DNA from: Abditibacterium sp.
GTDB taxonomy: Bacteria; Armatimonadota; Abditibacteriia; Abditibacteriales; Abditibacteriaceae
Reading direction: 5' to 3'
Assembly (NCBI GenBank): GCA_965246885.1
Contig: OZ251992.1
Span: 2,688,001-2,752,000, forward strand
Length of the DNA stretch: 64,000 nucleotides
In this document: piece after piece, positions 37,717-49,024 of the stretch
Layout: each line of letters starts with the position of its first letter
Numbering within the stretch: position 1 is the stretch's first letter
Program-made: the position numbers and the translations under genes
The notes under the pieces: model-generated
The model's database searches: none
Told to the model about the DNA's origin: nothing
The model's input: only the letters and a program-made list of their open reading frames with translations

Positions 37717-40700
37717 ATGGCCAAACTCCTCGTTGCCAACCGCTCTGAGATCGCTATCCGCGTGTTCCGCGCCGCTACCGAATTGGGGCTGTCCACCGTC
37801 GCAATCTACACCGTCGAAGACCGCTTCGCCACGCACCGCTTCAAGGCCGACGAAGCCTACGAACTCGACCCCAATAAGGGGCCGGTCGGCGCCTATCTCG
37901 ATCCCGAAGGCATCGTCGCGCTTGCCAAATCCAAGGGCGCCGACCTCGTTCACCCCGGCTACGGCTTTCTCTCCGAGAACGCCCACTTCGCCCGCTTGTG
38001 CGCCGACGCCGGATTGACGTTCGTGGGGCCGCGCCCAGAGCTTTTAGAATTGATGGGCGATAAAGTCGCGGCCCGCAAACAAGCGCAACTCGTTGGCGTG
38101 CCAACTCTCCCCGGCACCGAGCAACCCGTGAGCGACCGCGACGAAGCGCGCGCCGTTGCCCAAACCATCGGATTCCCGCTTATCATCAAAGCCGCCGCCG
38201 GGGGAGGGGGGCGCGGCATGCGCGTCGTGCGCGACCCCGCCGACCTCGACACCCTGCTCGACCAAGCCCAAGACGAAGCGGGCCGCGCTTTCGGCGATTC
38301 GTCGGTCTTCTTGGAGCGGTTCGTCGGGCGCGCCAAGCACATCGAAGTGCAGATACTGGGCGATAGGCACGGCAACGTCTTGCACTTGCACGAGCGCGAC
38401 TGCTCCGTGCAGCGCCGCCACCAAAAGGTCGTCGAGATCGCGCCCAGCGTCAACCTCCCGGAGCAAACGCGCATGGAATTGTGCGCCGCCGCGCGCGACC
38501 TCGCGGCTTCCATTGGCTACGACAACGCGGGCACGGTCGAGTTCCTGCTGGACTTGGACACGGACGAGTGGTTCTTCATCGAGATGAACCCGCGCATCCA
38601 AGTCGAACACACCGTCACCGAACAGATAACGGGCATTGACCTCGTGCGCTCGCAAATCTTAGTCGCGCAGGGCTACGCGCTCACCTCGCCCGAACTGTCG
38701 CTCCCCGCGCAAGAGAACATCCCGCGCAACGGCTTTGCGATTCAAGCGCGCATCACGACCGAAGACCCCGAAAACGGCTTCGCGCCCGACTACGGAAAGA
38801 TTCTGGCTTACCGCAGCGCGGCGGGGTTCGGCATCCGCTTGGACGGCGGCATGGCGGCATCGGGTGCCGTCGTCACGCCGTTCTACGACTCGCTTCTGGT
38901 CAAAGTCACCGCGAGTGCGCCGACGTTCGACACCGCCATTTCGCGTCTTGACCGCGCCTTGCGCGAGTTCCGTGTGCGCGGCGTCAAAACCAACATCCCC
39001 TTTTTAGAGAACGTCCTCGCGCACCCCATCTTCCGGTCGGGCATGGCGACGACGACCCTCATTGACACCTCGCCCGAATTGCTTGAATTTGCGCCGCGCC
39101 GCGACCGCGCCACGAAACTGCTCGCCTTTTTGGGCGATGTGATCGTCAACGGCAACCCCAACGCCAAAGGATGGAAACCCGCCAAACCCTTTGCCACGCC
39201 GAAAACCCCCGCGTCCGCGCCCAAACGCGACGCGAGAGGCACGCGCCAACGCCTGCGCGAACTGGGGCCGCGCGGATTCGCCGACTGGACGCGCGCGCAG
39301 CCGCAACTGCTGCTGACGGACACGACGCTACGCGACGCGCACCAATCCCTGCTTGCCACGCGCGTGCGCACCTTCGACATGCTCCGCGTCGCCGACGCCA
39401 TTCAAGCGCGCTTGCCGAACCTGTTCTCTTTAGAGATGTGGGGAGGCGCCACCTTCGACACCGCGATGCGCTTCGGGCGCGAAGACCCTTGGGAGCGGCT
39501 GCGCCTTTTGCGCGGCGCCATCCCCGACATCTGCTTCCAGATGCTGTTTCGCGGCTCGAACGCGGTCGGCTATTCCAACTACCCCGATAACGTCGTCGCG
39601 GGCTTCGTCAAACACGCCGCTCAGTCGGGCATTGACATCTTCCGCGTTTTCGACTCGCTCAACTTCCTGCCCAATTTGCAAGTGGCGATGGACGCGGTGA
39701 ACGAGACGGGCACCACGATTTGCGAAGCGGCGATTTGCTACACCGGCGACATTCTCGACCCGGCCCGCACGAAGTATTCGCTCGCCTACTACGTCGAATT
39801 GGCGCGCGAGTTGGAGCGTATGGGCGCGCACATTCTGGCAATCAAAGACATGGCGGGGTTGTGCCGCCCGTTCGCGGCGTTCGCGCTTGTCAAAGCGTTG
39901 AAAGAGGAAGTCGGAATACCCATCCACTTCCATACCCACGACACGAGTGGCACGTCTGCCGCCTCCGTTCTGATGGCGAGCGAAGCGGGCGTAGACATCG
40001 CCGACGCCGCGCTCAGTTCCATGAGCGGCGGCACCTCGCAACCGAATTTGAACTCCCTCGTCGCCGCGCTCCAACGCACCCCGCGCGACACCGGCCTCGA
40101 CTTGGCGGCGCTTGATGAACTGTCGGACTACTGGGAAGCCGTCCTGCCGTTCTACCATCCCTTCGACACCACCTCGCGCGCCGGAACTGCCGAGGTGTAT
40201 CTTCACGAAATGCCGGGGGGCCAGTTCACCAACCTCAAAGAACAAGCCGCGTCCTTGGGCTTAAGCAGTCGTTGGCCGGAAATCGCCCGCACCTACGCCG
40301 AAGTCAACCAACTGTTCGGCGACATCGTGAAAGTGACGCCTTCGAGCAAAGTTGTGGGCGACATGACGATGTTTCTCATTAGTCGTGGCATGAAAGCGAG
40401 CGACGTGCCGAACATCGAGCCGGGCACCATCGGCTTTCCCGAATCGGTCGTGGATATGCTGAGCGGCGGTTTGGGCCAGCCGATGGGCGGCTTTCCACCC
40501 GAAGTCGTCCATGCCGTTCTGGGCGATGCGCCCCTCACCACCAAGCGCCCCGGCGAGGGTTTGCCGCCGCTCGATTTGGAAGCGACACGCGCCGGATTGG
40601 GCGAGAACGTGAGCGACGATGACCTGTACTCCAGCCTGATGTACCCGCAAGTCTGGAAGGAGTTCGCCGCGTTCAAGGACGCTTATGGCGACGTGTCGGT

Positions 40701-41142
40701 CTTGCCGACGCCCGCGTATTTCTATGGTCTGGCGCCCGATGAGGAAGTTTCCATTTCCATCGAAGCGGGCAAGACGCTGATTTTGAAGCTCATCAACGTC
40801 GGCGAGCCGGACAAATCGGGGCGGCGTAGCGTCAACTTCGAGCTAAACGGCATCGCGCGCTCCGTTTTGGTGGACGACCGCTCGCTCGCGGGCGAAAAGC
40901 GGGGCCGCGTCAAAGTCAACCCGGCGGTCGAGGGCGAAGTCGGCGCGCCCATCCCCGGCATGATCACGCAACTCACCGTCGCCGTCGGCCAGAAAGTGAC
41001 GCGCGGCGAAAAGCTCTTGTCCTTGGAAGCGATGAAAATGCTGACGCAAGTCAACTCCGCCATCGAAGGAACGGTCAAGGAGATTGCCGTCGCCGTCGGG
41101 GAGACCGTCGAAGCGAAGGATTTGCTGGTGCGGGTGGAATAG
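37717..41142 (+). CDS. pyc: Pyruvate carboxylase
   Basis: ANRSEIAIR, GGGGRGM, RDAHQSL, HTHDT, KVTPSSK, EAMKM biotin motif. Confidence 0.97.
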   Translation: MAKLLVANRSEIAIRVFRAATELGLSTVAIYTVEDRFATHRFKADEAYELDPNKGPVGAYLDPEGIVALAKSKGADLVHPGYGFLSENAHFARLCADAGLTFVGPRPELLELMGDKVAARKQAQLVGVPTLPGTEQPVSDRDEARAVAQTIGFPLIIKAAAGGGGRGMRVVRDPADLDTLLDQAQDEAGRAFGDSSVFLERFVGRAKHIEVQILGDRHGNVLHLHERDCSVQRRHQKVVEIAPSVNLPEQTRMELCAAARDLAASIGYDNAGTVEFLLDLDTDEWFFIEMNPRIQVEHTVTEQITGIDLVRSQILVAQGYALTSPELSLPAQENIPRNGFAIQARITTEDPENGFAPDYGKILAYRSAAGFGIRLDGGMAASGAVVTPFYDSLLVKVTASAPTFDTAISRLDRALREFRVRGVKTNIPFLENVLAHPIFRSGMATTTLIDTSPELLEFAPRRDRATKLLAFLGDVIVNGNPNAKGWKPAKPFATPKTPASAPKRDARGTRQRLRELGPRGFADWTRAQPQLLLTDTTLRDAHQSLLATRVRTFDMLRVADAIQARLPNLFSLEMWGGATFDTAMRFGREDPWERLRLLRGAIPDICFQMLFRGSNAVGYSNYPDNVVAGFVKHAAQSGIDIFRVFDSLNFLPNLQVAMDAVNETGTTICEAAICYTGDILDPARTKYSLAYYVELARELERMGAHILAIKDMAGLCRPFAAFALVKALKEEVGIPIHFHTHDTSGTSAASVLMASEAGVDIADAALSSMSGGTSQPNLNSLVAALQRTPRDTGLDLAALDELSDYWEAVLPFYHPFDTTSRAGTAEVYLHEMPGGQFTNLKEQAASLGLSSRWPEIARTYAEVNQLFGDIVKVTPSSKVVGDMTMFLISRGMKASDVPNIEPGTIGFPESVVDMLSGGLGQPMGGFPPEVVHAVLGDAPLTTKRPGEGLPPLDLEATRAGLGENVSDDDLYSSLMYPQVWKEFAAFKDAYGDVSVLPTPAYFYGLAPDEEVSISIEAGKTLILKLINVGEPDKSGRRSVNFELNGIARSVLVDDRSLAGEKRGRVKVNPAVEGEVGAPIPGMITQLTVAVGQKVTRGEKLLSLEAMKMLTQVNSAIEGTVKEIAVAVGETVEAKDLLVRVE

Positions 41143-41178
41143 GGGCAGGCCCTACTCCACACCTGCAAACTAAAAGGC

Positions 41179-42660
41179 ATGACCGAATCTTCTCCCGATG
41201 TCCTCCTCATTGGCGCGGGCATTATGAGCGCGACTTTGGGCGTGCTGCTCAAAGAACTGAACGCCGCGACCTCCATCGAACTGGTGGAGCGGCTTGATGT
41301 CGCCGCCGCCGAAAGCAGCGAAGCGTGGAACAACGCGGGCACCGGCCACGCCGCGTTTTGCGAACTGAACTACACCCCCGAAAAGCCGGACGGAACGGTG
41401 GACGTGTCTAAGGCCCTCAAAATCTGCGAGTCCTTCGATGAATCGCGGCAATTGTGGTCGTTCTTAGTGGACAAAGGCATCCTCCGTGACCCGCGCGGCT
41501 TCATCCGCCAAACGCCGCACCTCGCGTTCGTGTGGGGCGAGAAGAACGTGGAGTATCTGCGCAAGCGGTTCGAGGGAATGCAGAAATCTCCGCTCTTCGC
41601 GGGCATGGTCTTTTCGACCGACCGCGCGCAGTTGCGGGAATGGATGCCGCTCGTGATGGAAGGGCGCGACGAAACCCAGCCCGTCGCCGCGACGCGCATG
41701 GAAATAGGCACGGACGTGAACTTCGGTGCCCTGACGCGCTCGCTCCTCGACCATTTGAAGGAGTTGCCGAACGTAGTGCTCCATTTCGGCGAGGAAGTGA
41801 CGGCGCTCCACAAAGAGGCCGACGGGCGCTGGCGCGTCGAAATCCGGGAAAGGGCGAGCGGAAAATCGCGCACCGTGCGCGCGAAATTCGTCTTCATCGG
41901 CGCGGGCGGCGGGTCGCTGCCGCTTCTGCTCAAGTCGGGCATTCCCGAAGGGCGCGGCTTTGGCGGCTTCCCGGTCGGCGGGCAGTGGCTCAAATGCACT
42001 AACCCAGAGGTCGTCGCGCGGCACTCGACCAAGGTGTATGGCAAAGCCGCGCTCGGCGCGCCGCCGATGTCCGTGCCGCACCTCGACACGCGCGTGATAG
42101 ACGGCGAAAAGGCGCTGCTATTCGGCCCCTACGCCGGATTCTCGACGCGCTTCCTCAAGCAAGGCTCGCTGATGGACTTGCCGCTTTCCATTCGCCCGCA
42201 AAACATGATTCCCATGCTTGCCGTCGGCAAGGACAACTTGGGCCTGACCAAATACCTCATTGACCAAGTCCGCCAATCGCCCGACGACCGCATGGACGCG
42301 CTGCGCGAGTTCTTCCCTAACGCGAAGAAGGAGGATTGGGAGTTGGAAATGGCCGGACAGCGCGTGCAAGTCATCAAAAAAGACGCCAAACGCGGCGGCG
42401 TGTTAGAGTTCGGAACGGAAGTCGTCTCAGCCGGGGACGGCTCCCTCGCCGCCCTGCTCGGCGCCTCCCCCGGCGCGTCCACGACGGTTTCCATCATGCT
42501 CACCCTGCTCCGTCGCTGTTTCCCCGACGAGTTCAACTCCGCCGATTGGCAGACAAAACTGCGCGCCATGATCCCCTCGTTTGGCCAGTCACTGAACGAC
42601 AACGCCGAGCTATGCGCGCGCATAAGGAAGGAGACGAGCGCGGCGTTGGGGTTGGGATGA
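41179..42660 (+). CDS. mqo: Malate:quinone oxidoreductase
   Basis: [47 protein letters not shown]. Confidence 0.96.
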   Translation: MTESSPDVLLIGAGIMSATLGVLLKELNAATSIELVERLDVAAAESSEAWNNAGTGHAAFCELNYTPEKPDGTVDVSKALKICESFDESRQLWSFLVDKGILRDPRGFIRQTPHLAFVWGEKNVEYLRKRFEGMQKSPLFAGMVFSTDRAQLREWMPLVMEGRDETQPVAATRMEIGTDVNFGALTRSLLDHLKELPNVVLHFGEEVTALHKEADGRWRVEIRERASGKSRTVRAKFVFIGAGGGSLPLLLKSGIPEGRGFGGFPVGGQWLKCTNPEVVARHSTKVYGKAALGAPPMSVPHLDTRVIDGEKALLFGPYAGFSTRFLKQGSLMDLPLSIRPQNMIPMLAVGKDNLGLTKYLIDQVRQSPDDRMDALREFFPNAKKEDWELEMAGQRVQVIKKDAKRGGVLEFGTEVVSAGDGSLAALLGASPGASTTVSIMLTLLRRCFPDEFNSADWQTKLRAMIPSFGQSLNDNAELCARIRKETSAALGLG

Positions 42661-42729
42661 GAATAGCGTTCCTCGTATGATTGAGAAAAGCAACTCGCCG
42701 CCAAACTATAAGCGAGACGCCGTCCGAAC

Positions 42730-43008
42730 ATGGAACCAATCAAGCCAACAAACGATGCCAATGAAGGTTTAAGAACTCTTTTGGCGGCCATCTTGATTTT
42801 GGCTTTGATGCTCTGCGTGTTTGTTTTCGGCGCACTTTTCATTCTGTCGCCCCTGCTCCTCTTCCACTACGTGTTTCACTGGCCCTACTGGCTGTCGTTT
42901 TTGGTCGGTCTACCCATCGGACTTTTTGCGGCGGGAGCGTGGGTTTGGCGCATAGAAGAGAAAGCGGTTACCCAAGCCAGAATCAGAAAGAACTCCGGGG
43001 AAAAGTAG
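42730..43008 (+). CDS. Small membrane protein
   Basis: Two to three hydrophobic segments in 92 aa. Confidence 0.55.
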   Translation: MEPIKPTNDANEGLRTLLAAILILALMLCVFVFGALFILSPLLLFHYVFHWPYWLSFLVGLPIGLFAAGAWVWRIEEKAVTQARIRKNSGEK

Positions 43009-43009
43009 A

Positions 43010-43038
43010 AGGGCGCAGTCACAATGACTGCGCCCCTC
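43010..43038. terminator. Stem-loop between convergent genes
   Basis: GGGCGCAGTCA-caa-TGACTGCGCCC. Confidence 0.7.
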
Positions 43039-43041
43039 TGT

Positions 43042-44391
43042 TTACGCGGCTTCCAACGGTTCGTAGTCGTCCTCTTCCACGCGCTTGACTGCTCTGGGTT
43101 TGCGCGCTTCTTTGAGTAGTTGCTCGCGGGTGATGAGTTTGGGGTCTTGGTGGTTGACGATGGTGTCTTCGTCCACGATGCACTGGGCGATGTTCTTTTG
43201 GCTGGGGACGTCGAACATGATGTTGACCATCGTTTCTTCGAGGATGGAGCGAAGCGCGCGCGCTCCGGTGCGGCGCTTCATGGCGGCTTGGGCGATGGCG
43301 CGCAGGGCCTCGTCCGTGAAGCGGAGTTCCACGCCGTCGGCGCCCAAGATTTTGATGAACTGCTTGGTGAGCGAGTTCTTCGGCTCGCTGAGGATGGACA
43401 CCATCGCTTCCTCGTCGAGCGGGTCGAGCGTGGCAATAACGGGCAAGCGGCCCATAAATTCCGGGATGAAGCCGTATTTCATCAAGTCGTCGGGCGAGAC
43501 TTGCGCGAGCAGTTTCGAGCGCTCGACCGAATCGGTGATCTTCGATTGCGGGTCGGCGCGGAAGCCGAGGGTGGACTTGCGCGTGCGCCGCTCGACGATG
43601 GAATCGAGGCCCTCGAACGCGCCGCCGCAAATGAACAGGATGCCGGAGGTGTCGATATTGACGTATTCTTGCTGCGGGTGCTTTCGCCCGCCGTGCGGCG
43701 GGACGGCGGCGACGGTGCCTTCCAAGATTTTCAAGAGCGCCTGTTGCACGCCCTCGCCCGACACGTCGCGGGTGATGCTGGGGTTGTCCGACTTGCGCGT
43801 GATTTTGTCTATCTCGTCTATGTAGATGATGCCGCGACTGGCCGCGTCCGCGTCGCCATCGGCGGCTTGCAGGAGTTTGAGCAGGATGGACTCGACATCC
43901 TCGCCGACATAGCCCGCTTCTGTGAGGCTGGTCGCGTCGGCGATGCAAAAGGGCACGTCAATGATGCGCGCGAGCGTGCGGGCGAGGAGCGTTTTGCCGC
44001 TTCCAGTTGGGCCAAGCAGCAGGATGTTTGACTTTTCGAGTTCCACGCCGTCGCGGGATGGGCCGTTCTCTTGGATAGCGAGGCGCTTGTAGTGGTTGTA
44101 AACGGCGACGGAAAGGGCACGCTTGGCGCGCTCTTGGCCGATGACGTAGGAGTTGAGGACTTCGGCGATTTCGCGCGGCTTGGGCAGGGCTTTGAGCTTG
44201 CCCCACATCGAGTCGTCGTTTTCGGGCGCGTCGTCGGCGCGCACGTCACGGGTCAGGATGTCGTTGCACAAGTCCACGCACTCGTTGCAAATCGAAACAC
44301 CGGCGCCCGCGATGAGGTTGATAACCTGCTCGCGGCGCTTACCACAAAAAGAACACCGCAGATTTTCGCGGTCTTCGCCAAACATTGCCAT
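43042..44391 (-). CDS. clpX: ATP-dependent Clp protease ATPase ClpX
   Basis: CSFCG..CNEC zinc finger, [33 protein letters not shown]. Confidence 0.97.
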   Translation of the reverse strand: MAMFGEDRENLRCSFCGKRREQVINLIAGAGVSICNECVDLCNDILTRDVRADDAPENDDSMWGKLKALPKPREIAEVLNSYVIGQERAKRALSVAVYNHYKRLAIQENGPSRDGVELEKSNILLLGPTGSGKTLLARTLARIIDVPFCIADATSLTEAGYVGEDVESILLKLLQAADGDADAASRGIIYIDEIDKITRKSDNPSITRDVSGEGVQQALLKILEGTVAAVPPHGGRKHPQQEYVNIDTSGILFICGGAFEGLDSIVERRTRKSTLGFRADPQSKITDSVERSKLLAQVSPDDLMKYGFIPEFMGRLPVIATLDPLDEEAMVSILSEPKNSLTKQFIKILGADGVELRFTDEALRAIAQAAMKRRTGARALRSILEETMVNIMFDVPSQKNIAQCIVDEDTIVNHQDPKLITREQLLKEARKPRAVKRVEEDDYEPLEAA

Positions 44392-44505
44392 AAGAATCCT
44401 TTGCTCGCCCCAAGACGCGGGAGCCGTAACCTGACGCACGCGCGCCGCTTGGGTTTAGCAGGAATCCTAAAACCCGCGCGCAAACTTGCTTCTCCCACGT
44501 TTGTC

Positions 44506-45444
44506 TTAGTCCGTTTTACGGGGCGAGGCGGGATGAAGCGGAACGCCCTCGTTTGTGAGAGCGACGGGTAAGATAGCCCCCTCTTCGCTGAAAAAGAGGC
44601 GGTCGAGGCACGTGACGCGGTGGTGCCCAGAGGTCGCATCGAGCGGGCGGCGGTGGTAGCAGACCACCCACTCATCTTCCGTTCCCGGCAGGAGCAAGAC
44701 GGAGTGATGTCCCGCGCCGAGGGCGATTTCGGGGTGGTTTTCGAGGATCTTGCCGCGCGGCTCAAACGGCCCGCGCGGGTTGTCGCTCACGCCGTATGCG
44801 GCCAGATACGTCGAGTTCGTCCAGTTGCCCTCGCTCCACATCAGGTAATAGAGGCCGCGCCGCTTGATGAGAAACGGCCCCTCGACGTAATCGGGCGAGG
44901 GCGTTATCTCGCGCGGCGCGCGGTGAAAGGCGCACATCGTTGGCGTTAAGGGAGCGATGACGCAGTGACCGTGCCCGCCCCACACTAAATACGCTTGCCC
45001 ATCGTCGTCCACGAAGCAGTGGGCGTCTATGGCCTGCGCGCCGAATAGGTAGTCGCGCACGAGTGGGATGCCGATGGCGTCGCGGAACGGGCCGGTGGGC
45101 GAATCGGAAACCGCCACGCCGATGCCCGCGCCGTCGCCCGCGCTGAAGTAGAAATAGAACTTGCCGTCCAACGGCGATTGCGCGCACGAAGGCGCCCATG
45201 CCGCGTAGTTCGTTGACCAGCGCACATCGCTTAAGCGCAGGATGACGCCCTCGTTTTTCCAGTTGGAGAGGTCGTCGCTGCTCCAACACTCAAACGTCGC
45301 TTGCTCGCGGAAGTCCGCCGAACCGGTCGGATAGATGTAATAGCGCCCGTTGAAGCAGTGGATTTCCGGGTCGGCATACCAGCCGGAAAAGAGGGGGTTG
45401 CCGCTCTTGGGACGGGCGGCTGGGTTCGTGGTGTTCGGGGTCAT
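44506..45444 (-). CDS. Glycoside hydrolase family 43
   Basis: YADP, WAP, AIDAHCFVDDDG, VEGP, GHHS. Confidence 0.9.
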   Translation of the reverse strand: MTPNTTNPAARPKSGNPLFSGWYADPEIHCFNGRYYIYPTGSADFREQATFECWSSDDLSNWKNEGVILRLSDVRWSTNYAAWAPSCAQSPLDGKFYFYFSAGDGAGIGVAVSDSPTGPFRDAIGIPLVRDYLFGAQAIDAHCFVDDDGQAYLVWGGHGHCVIAPLTPTMCAFHRAPREITPSPDYVEGPFLIKRRGLYYLMWSEGNWTNSTYLAAYGVSDNPRGPFEPRGKILENHPEIALGAGHHSVLLLPGTEDEWVVCYHRRPLDATSGHHRVTCLDRLFFSEEGAILPVALTNEGVPLHPASPRKTD

Positions 45445-45604
45445 AAAGGGCCGCGCGGCGCAGGGCGGGGCTTCAATATAGCCTAACTAACCGCAGAGAA
45501 CAACGCTTGGGAGAAAAGATTCTAAGACAAAAACCGCGCCTCTTTTCCTCCTGACACCCCGCGCGGCGCGAGCCACACTGCTCCTCGTTCAATCCGCGAT
45601 CACC

Positions 45605-47044
45605 ATGACAAGCATCCAAGACCCCATCCGCGCCCTGCACCCCACCATCGGCGTGCCCGAACTGGGCGGCGTTTGCACGTATGAGGACGCCGCGCGCCCC
45701 GGCTTTGGCGTCGAAGAGAACGTCGCGCGCCTCAAGCGGCTCATCTGGGTCGAGCAGACGCTGTGCGACATTACCCTGTCGCGCCTCAACGCCACGCCCG
45801 AATGGGAAGTCAAGGGCGGCCTGACGCTGCATCTGCACCTCGACGCCGAACACGTGCGCGCCTTACAAGCCCGTGTCGCGGAACTGCGCCACCCACCGCA
45901 CAACTTCCACACCGCGCCCGACGCCGCCCTCGACGCCTTTTGCCAAGAGGCCCTGCGCCCGCACTCCACCATCGAAACCCTCGTAGGCATCTACCGCGTC
46001 CTGCGCCCCGCACTTATCGCCGCCTACGAAGCGCACCGCGAACTGACCAACCCGCTCGTAGATCAGCCCACGCGCCGCTTGATGCGCTTTGCGTTGCTTG
46101 AAGAGAACGAGGTAGTTCAGTGGGGGAACGAGGCAATTGAAGCGCTGACAGACACGCCGGAGAAAGAAGCGCAAGCCCGCGACTGGCAGGCGCACCTCCA
46201 TGCCTATCTCGGCGCGGCAGGCGGCATCATGGGCGACGGCGCTCGCCCAGAAAACGCTCTCCCTGCCGCGCGCGCGTCCTCTCCGCTTGAGCCGGATTTC
46301 GCCCCGCAACGCGACGCGCGCCTCGAATCGGATAACGCGCACTTCCCGCCGCACTGGGTCTACGCCGAGCGCGAGCGCCCCGTTGACGAGCGCACCCTCG
46401 CCCTCGTTTGCAAGCGCCTGTTGGAAATGGACGTGCCCGAAATGATGGCCTCCATCGTTTGGCGCGCCCGCAACGAGGCGGCGCTCGCTGGCAAGCCGAA
46501 GACATGGGACTACACGGCGGACATGGCGCGGCAGATGTGGGACGAAGCGCGCCACTCGATGATGGGCGAAAGCTGGCTCGTCGCGCACGGCGTTGACTGG
46601 ACGCGCATCCCGCTCAATGTCGGCTTCTCGCAAACGCTCAACTCGCTCGCCACCGCGCGCGAATCGCACGCCGCCCTCTTCGCCATCGAGCAGGGACTGA
46701 TGCCGCAAAACTCCGGCAAAGCCTACGAGTGGCGCACCGCCCGCGATTCCGGCGACGCCTTGGCCCAACTCTTTATGGACTACGACTGGGCCGACGAGGT
46801 ATTGCACGTCCACATCGGGCGCCACTTGGTCGAGCAGTTCGCCTCGCGCAAAGAAGCCGAAGCCGTCGGCAACGAAGCCTTCGCCCGCGTCATGGCCATG
46901 CGCGCCGCCCAAGCCCAAGAGTTGGCCACCGCCCAAGCCAAACCCGAATGGTGGCACCCCTTCGTCCAAGAAGTCTTGGGCTTTTCCCCCGAACCGTTCC
47001 AAGAAGCCGCGAGTCAAAAAGTCGCGCCTTGGAAGAACGGGTAA
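45605..47044 (+). CDS. Two-domain ferritin-like (DUF455-type) diiron protein
   Basis: LDAEH in N-half; C-half E...WDEARH...EQ...ADEVLH ligand set. Confidence 0.7.
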   Translation: MTSIQDPIRALHPTIGVPELGGVCTYEDAARPGFGVEENVARLKRLIWVEQTLCDITLSRLNATPEWEVKGGLTLHLHLDAEHVRALQARVAELRHPPHNFHTAPDAALDAFCQEALRPHSTIETLVGIYRVLRPALIAAYEAHRELTNPLVDQPTRRLMRFALLEENEVVQWGNEAIEALTDTPEKEAQARDWQAHLHAYLGAAGGIMGDGARPENALPAARASSPLEPDFAPQRDARLESDNAHFPPHWVYAERERPVDERTLALVCKRLLEMDVPEMMASIVWRARNEAALAGKPKTWDYTADMARQMWDEARHSMMGESWLVAHGVDWTRIPLNVGFSQTLNSLATARESHAALFAIEQGLMPQNSGKAYEWRTARDSGDALAQLFMDYDWADEVLHVHIGRHLVEQFASRKEAEAVGNEAFARVMAMRAAQAQELATAQAKPEWWHPFVQEVLGFSPEPFQEAASQKVAPWKNG

Positions 47045-47086
47045 GGAGACACGGCGCCCGCTTCGGGGGAAGCGGGCGCTGCGTTG

Positions 47087-47545
47087 TCACGTTGGCTCAA
47101 GCGGCTTAATCCAGAACTGGAAGTCGGACTGATTGAAGCCGCATTTGGTATATAGGCCCTGCGCCCGCGCGTTGGAACTCTCGACACCCAAGTAGATGGC
47201 GCCCGCGCCCTCGTCGCGGCATAACTGCTCGGCCCACGCAATCGCCGCCGTCGCCAAGCCGCGCCCGCGAAACGCCTCGCGCACCCAGAGATGCTCCAAC
47301 ACGCCCGTGCGCCCGCCGAACTCGAAGCTCCACCCAAAGCACACGACGAGATACCCCGCCACCTGCCCATCCGCGAGAAGAAACACGGCGCGGCCTTTGT
47401 GCGGGTCGTCCAAAAGTGGCCCCAACGCCGCGCCCGTCGCGGCGCGGTCAAAGGGCGAGGAGCCGTCGAAGGCGTTCAATTCGGCGCATAGGTCGAGGAA
47501 AGTCTCGGCATCGGGCGCGGTGACGGATTGGATGTGGATGGACAT
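47087..47545 (-). CDS. GNAT N-acetyltransferase
   Basis: LWVREAFRGRGLA, N.RAQGLYTKCGF. Confidence 0.9.
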   Translation of the reverse strand: MSIHIQSVTAPDAETFLDLCAELNAFDGSSPFDRAATGAALGPLLDDPHKGRAVFLLADGQVAGYLVVCFGWSFEFGGRTGVLEHLWVREAFRGRGLATAAIAWAEQLCRDEGAGAIYLGVESSNARAQGLYTKCGFNQSDFQFWIKPLEPT

Positions 47546-47548
47546 GGC

Positions 47549-47944
47549 TTAGCCTTCTGGCAGTTGGAAGTGCGGGTTTTGGATGATGCCGAAGACGTTG
47601 CCAAAAGGGTCGAAGACGGTCGCCACGAGGATGGAGTCGCCCACATCCTGCACGCCGGAACGCTCCTTCGCGCCCAGCGATAACAGCCGCGCAAAAGCGG
47701 CGTGGGCATCGGGAACGCCCCAATACACGACGGTGCCGCCGTCGCCGCCTTTGGTCGTGTGGCCGTCGGGGTCGAGCGCCAGTTCGTAGCCGCCCACGTT
47801 GAACCCCACATAAAACGGCTGGTCGAAGTAGGGCGCGATACCCAGAACAGCCGAATACCACGCCCTGGCCGCATCAAGGTCGGGCGCGTGGTAGATGGCG
47901 GTGCGAAGCCCCTGAAAATGCGGGTTAGTAGAAGATGGTTGCAT
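47549..47944 (-). CDS. VOC/glyoxalase family domain (in frame with upstream DAHP synthase)
   Basis: [31 protein letters not shown]; own ATG at 47944. Confidence 0.85.
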   Translation of the reverse strand: MQPSSTNPHFQGLRTAIYHAPDLDAARAWYSAVLGIAPYFDQPFYVGFNVGGYELALDPDGHTTKGGDGGTVVYWGVPDAHAAFARLLSLGAKERSGVQDVGDSILVATVFDPFGNVFGIIQNPHFQLPEG

Positions 47945-49024
47945 GAGAAGGTGCGTTGCGGCTGGCCGCTGCAAAGAGCGCGCCGCTTCGCGCAGCAACT
48001 CCTCAGTTTCGTCCCAGCCGATGCAGGCGTCGGTGATGGACACGCCGTATTTGAGCGAGGCGGGTGCGGCTTCGGGTTGGTTGCCGGGGTTGATGTTCGA
48101 TTCGAGCATGGCGCCAATCACCGCGACTTCTCCCCCGGCGCGGGTGGCGAGCAGGTCGCGCCACACGAGGGATTGGCGGGTCGCGTCTTTGCCGGAGTTG
48201 GCGTGCGAGCAGTCCACGATAAGACCGCGCGGCAGGTCGCCCGCTTCGAGTTTGGCGGCGGCTTGTTCGATGTGGGCGCGCGAAAAGTTGGTGCCTTTGC
48301 GCCCGCCGCGCAGGACGAGGTGGCAAAACGGGTTGCCCGTCGTTTTCACGGCGCACGAGTGGCCCTCCTCGTCAATGCCCAGAAAAGCGTGCGAGTGGTT
48401 CGCGCTTTTGAGGGCGTCGAGGGCGCTTTGAAGTTCGCCGTCCGTCCCGTTCTTGAAGCCGACGGGCATGGACAAGCCCGACGCCATCTCGCGGTGCGTT
48501 TGCGATTCGGTGGTGCGCGCGCCAATGGCTGCCCAACTCACTAAGTCGGCGATGTATTGCGGCACGATGGGGTCGAGAAACTCCGTCGCCGTCGGCAAAC
48601 CGAGCGCGGCGATGTCGAGCAAGATTTGGCGGGCCAAGCGCAAGCCCGCTTCGGTGTCGAAAGAGCCGTTGAGGTAGGGGTCGTTGATAAGGCCCTTCCA
48701 GCCGACGGTGGTGCGCGGCTTCTCGAAATAAACGCGCATCACGATTTCTAACTGGGGCAACAGTTCACGGCGCAAGCGAGCCAAGCGGCGGGCATAATCG
48801 AGCGCGGCGGCGGGGTCGTGAATCGAACACGGGCCGACGATGGCGAGGTAGCGCCCATCGCGCCCAGACAGAATTTGCTCGATGGTCGTGCGCCCGTCGC
48901 GCACGGTTTGGACGATTTCTGGCGACAGGGCGATCTCTTCGCGGAGCGCGCGCGGCGGCGGAAGCGGCGCGCCGAAAGAAACGCGCGCATCCTGAAGCGG
49001 CGCCTGAGTGGGTGTGGCAGTCAT
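47549..49024 (-). CDS. aroG: Class I-alpha DAHP synthase, reading through into VOC domain
   Basis: [51 protein letters not shown]; no stop before 47549. Confidence 0.9.
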   Translation of the reverse strand: MTATPTQAPLQDARVSFGAPLPPPRALREEIALSPEIVQTVRDGRTTIEQILSGRDGRYLAIVGPCSIHDPAAALDYARRLARLRRELLPQLEIVMRVYFEKPRTTVGWKGLINDPYLNGSFDTEAGLRLARQILLDIAALGLPTATEFLDPIVPQYIADLVSWAAIGARTTESQTHREMASGLSMPVGFKNGTDGELQSALDALKSANHSHAFLGIDEEGHSCAVKTTGNPFCHLVLRGGRKGTNFSRAHIEQAAAKLEAGDLPRGLIVDCSHANSGKDATRQSLVWRDLLATRAGGEVAVIGAMLESNINPGNQPEAAPASLKYGVSITDACIGWDETEELLREAARSLQRPAATHLLMQPSSTNPHFQGLRTAIYHAPDLDAARAWYSAVLGIAPYFDQPFYVGFNVGGYELALDPDGHTTKGGDGGTVVYWGVPDAHAAFARLLSLGAKERSGVQDVGDSILVATVFDPFGNVFGIIQNPHFQLPEG

